Source: Opitutales bacterium (GTDB lineage: Bacteria > Verrucomicrobiota > Verrucomicrobiia > Opitutales > JABSRG01). From it: 33,734 nt of DNA. The notes beneath the pieces were generated by a model. The model was not told where the DNA came from. It worked only from the letters and a program-made list of their open reading frames with translations, and did not search any database. The DNA lies in the NCBI GenBank assembly GCA_049599475.1, contig JBMYOQ010000049.1:1-33734 (forward strand), given 5' to 3'. This document shows positions 32,065 through 33,734 of this stretch, piece after piece. Numbering within the stretch: the stretch's first letter is position 1; every line of letters starts with the position of its first letter. The translations under genes and the position numbers were made by a program.

Positions 32065-33495
32065 ATGCAGTCTCCTAATCCTGAGAAAATTCAGTATAGT
32101 CGCATATCACGTCGCCAATTTTTGAATACAGCGGGCACTGCGGCTACATTTTCCATACTGCCGCGCCATGTCTTAGGTGGGCAGGGCTATACACCACCGA
32201 GTGAACGCTTGAATATAGCGATGATCGGGACCGGAGGCCAGGGGCTGCGCAATCTTAGGAATCTAGTTAAGGAAAAGGATGTGCAGATTGTAGCGTTGTC
32301 GGACACGGCTGAGATCGCAGATTATAGTTACCAGGAGCTCAGATTTAAAGGCGGGCGCCTTCCTGGGTATAATGTAGTGAAGGCTCACTACGAAGAGACC
32401 GAGGAAAGCAAGCGGACACTTCAGTGCGGGGTCTATGTGGATTTTCGCGAGATGTTGGACAAGGAAAAGGATGTCGATGCTGTCGTGGTGTCCTGCCCGA
32501 CCTTCACCCATTACATTGCCGCAATGGACGCCATTGGCCGTGGGAAGCATGTCTATCTTGAGAAGCCGATGGCGAAGACATTGTATGAGGTCCGTAAGTT
32601 GACTGAGGCGGCGAGGCGTGCGGGTGTTGTCACGCAGCTGGGTCATCAAGGGCATGGTAAGGAAAGTCTACGCCTCACCAAAGAGTGGATACAGGCGGGA
32701 GTGATCGGAGATGTCATCGAAGTGCATGCATGGGCAGATGAGCCCGATCTGGCGGGAACTCAGCCTCTCCCCCAAGGCTCGCCTCCTGTGCCGAAGGGCC
32801 TAGATTGGGATTTCTGGCAAGGCCCCGTTAAGAGGCGGGAGTATCAGCCTGTATATACGCCCAAGGGCTGGAATGATTTTCACGCTTACGGAACATCTCG
32901 CTTACCTGATCTAGGATCACATCATATGGACCCCGCTTTTTATGCCCTAGAGCTCGGGCGACCCGAATGGGTAGAGGCGCGCAGTGCTTGGGCAGATAAA
33001 ACAAAGAATCCGCTTACCGCACATGTTCATTTCCAGTTTTCAGCACGCGGGAACCAACCTCCGGTGAGGCTTACCTGGTGGGAGGGGAGTAAGCCTATCC
33101 GCCCCGATGAAATGGAGCCGGGTAAGGATCTATCTGGGGGTCCCCATGGAATTCTATTTATTGGCGATAAAGGTAAAATTATGTGTCCTGGTTGGGCGGG
33201 TACGCCGACCGTATTGCCGCGTGAGCGCTGGAAATCCTTTAAGCGACCGGAAAAGACGATTCGGCGAGTTCGGGGAATTTATCGCGACTGGATTGACTCC
33301 ATCAAAGAAGGGCGGAAAGCAAGTTCGGATTGGGTCGAATATTCTGGGCAATTTTCAGAATCGATCCTGGCAGGCGAGCTCGCGATGCGGGTCGAGGGTC
33401 GCTGTTATATGGATTGGGAGAATCTCAAGGTGAAGAATTTCCCCGAAGCCGAGTCTTTGATTATTCCGGAATACCACAACGGCTGGAAGTTATAG
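32065..33495 (+). CDS. Tat-exported Gfo/Idh/MocA family oxidoreductase
   Basis: SRRQFL Tat motif, PPSERLNIAMIGTGGQG, DFREMLD..DVDAVVV, GKHVYLEKP, LDWDFWQGP and DLGSHHMD. Confidence 0.93.
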   Translation: MQSPNPEKIQYSRISRRQFLNTAGTAATFSILPRHVLGGQGYTPPSERLNIAMIGTGGQGLRNLRNLVKEKDVQIVALSDTAEIADYSYQELRFKGGRLPGYNVVKAHYEETEESKRTLQCGVYVDFREMLDKEKDVDAVVVSCPTFTHYIAAMDAIGRGKHVYLEKPMAKTLYEVRKLTEAARRAGVVTQLGHQGHGKESLRLTKEWIQAGVIGDVIEVHAWADEPDLAGTQPLPQGSPPVPKGLDWDFWQGPVKRREYQPVYTPKGWNDFHAYGTSRLPDLGSHHMDPAFYALELGRPEWVEARSAWADKTKNPLTAHVHFQFSARGNQPPVRLTWWEGSKPIRPDEMEPGKDLSGGPHGILFIGDKGKIMCPGWAGTPTVLPRERWKSFKRPEKTIRRVRGIYRDWIDSIKEGRKASSDWVEYSGQFSESILAGELAMRVEGRCYMDWENLKVKNFPEAESLIIPEYHNGWKL

Positions 33496-33734
33496 GATAT
33501 TGAGCGAACCTTTGTGCCGCGGACTCTATTACTCGGAATGTCGCTAGCCCTCAAGGGGGAATATGGTTCTAAATTGCCCATTCGCGTGAATATATGCTGC
33601 AGTATCCGGGTAGGGCTGTTGGCAGAAGTGTTCGGCATCAAACTTCGTTTAAGTATTGAGTGGAGTGTTTGCTGTAAACCGTAGATGACATGGGAGTTTA
33701 TCGGGAACGCTGGATGCGTATGCCGATAAACAAG

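Noticed and set aside
87..33433. Many 60-180 aa ORFs antisense or out of frame within long genes (e.g. 2239..2781, 4831..5307, 20840..21322, 24817..25236)
   Set aside because: They are shadows of well-supported CDSs and have no recognisable motifs.
33405..33734. Open minus-strand frame entering from the right edge
   Set aside because: It overlaps the oxidoreductase 3' end by about 90 nt and has no recognisable motif. It cannot be supported without flanking sequence.

Overview
This window looks like an accessory carbohydrate-utilisation region of a Verrucomicrobiota-type bacterium, probably Opitutae/Puniceicoccales-like. That taxonomy is inferred from the protein families present and was not searched. 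From left to right it holds: the 3' end of a filamentous-haemagglutinin-like adhesin; a giant 2897-aa secreted multi-enzyme (S1 sulfatase, four LamG domains, Ig-like repeats, a beta-helix and a C-terminal GH16); a second sulfatase with a PKD tail; a small secreted protein; a GH2; a third sulfatase interrupted by one in-frame TGA; a REP-associated tyrosine transposase (RAYT) inside GTAG-type REP doublets; a GPH-family MFS sugar transporter; divergent GH16+CBM and GH50 (beta-agarase-like) genes; a PEP-CTERM protein with a variant TEP motif; a 1367-aa GspK/PilX-like pilin protein and its 238-aa partner; and a Tat-exported Gfo/Idh/MocA oxidoreductase. The gene set suggests a sulfated galactan (agar/porphyran-type) locus without SusC/D. 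The most notable signals are the giant enzyme carrying two internal domains that are normally C-terminal (one T9SS-tail-like), a covarying 28-nt REP hairpin family spread through most intergenic regions, the single-stop sulfatase, and the orphan giant minor pilin. All calls come from reading motifs by eye; no database search was run.
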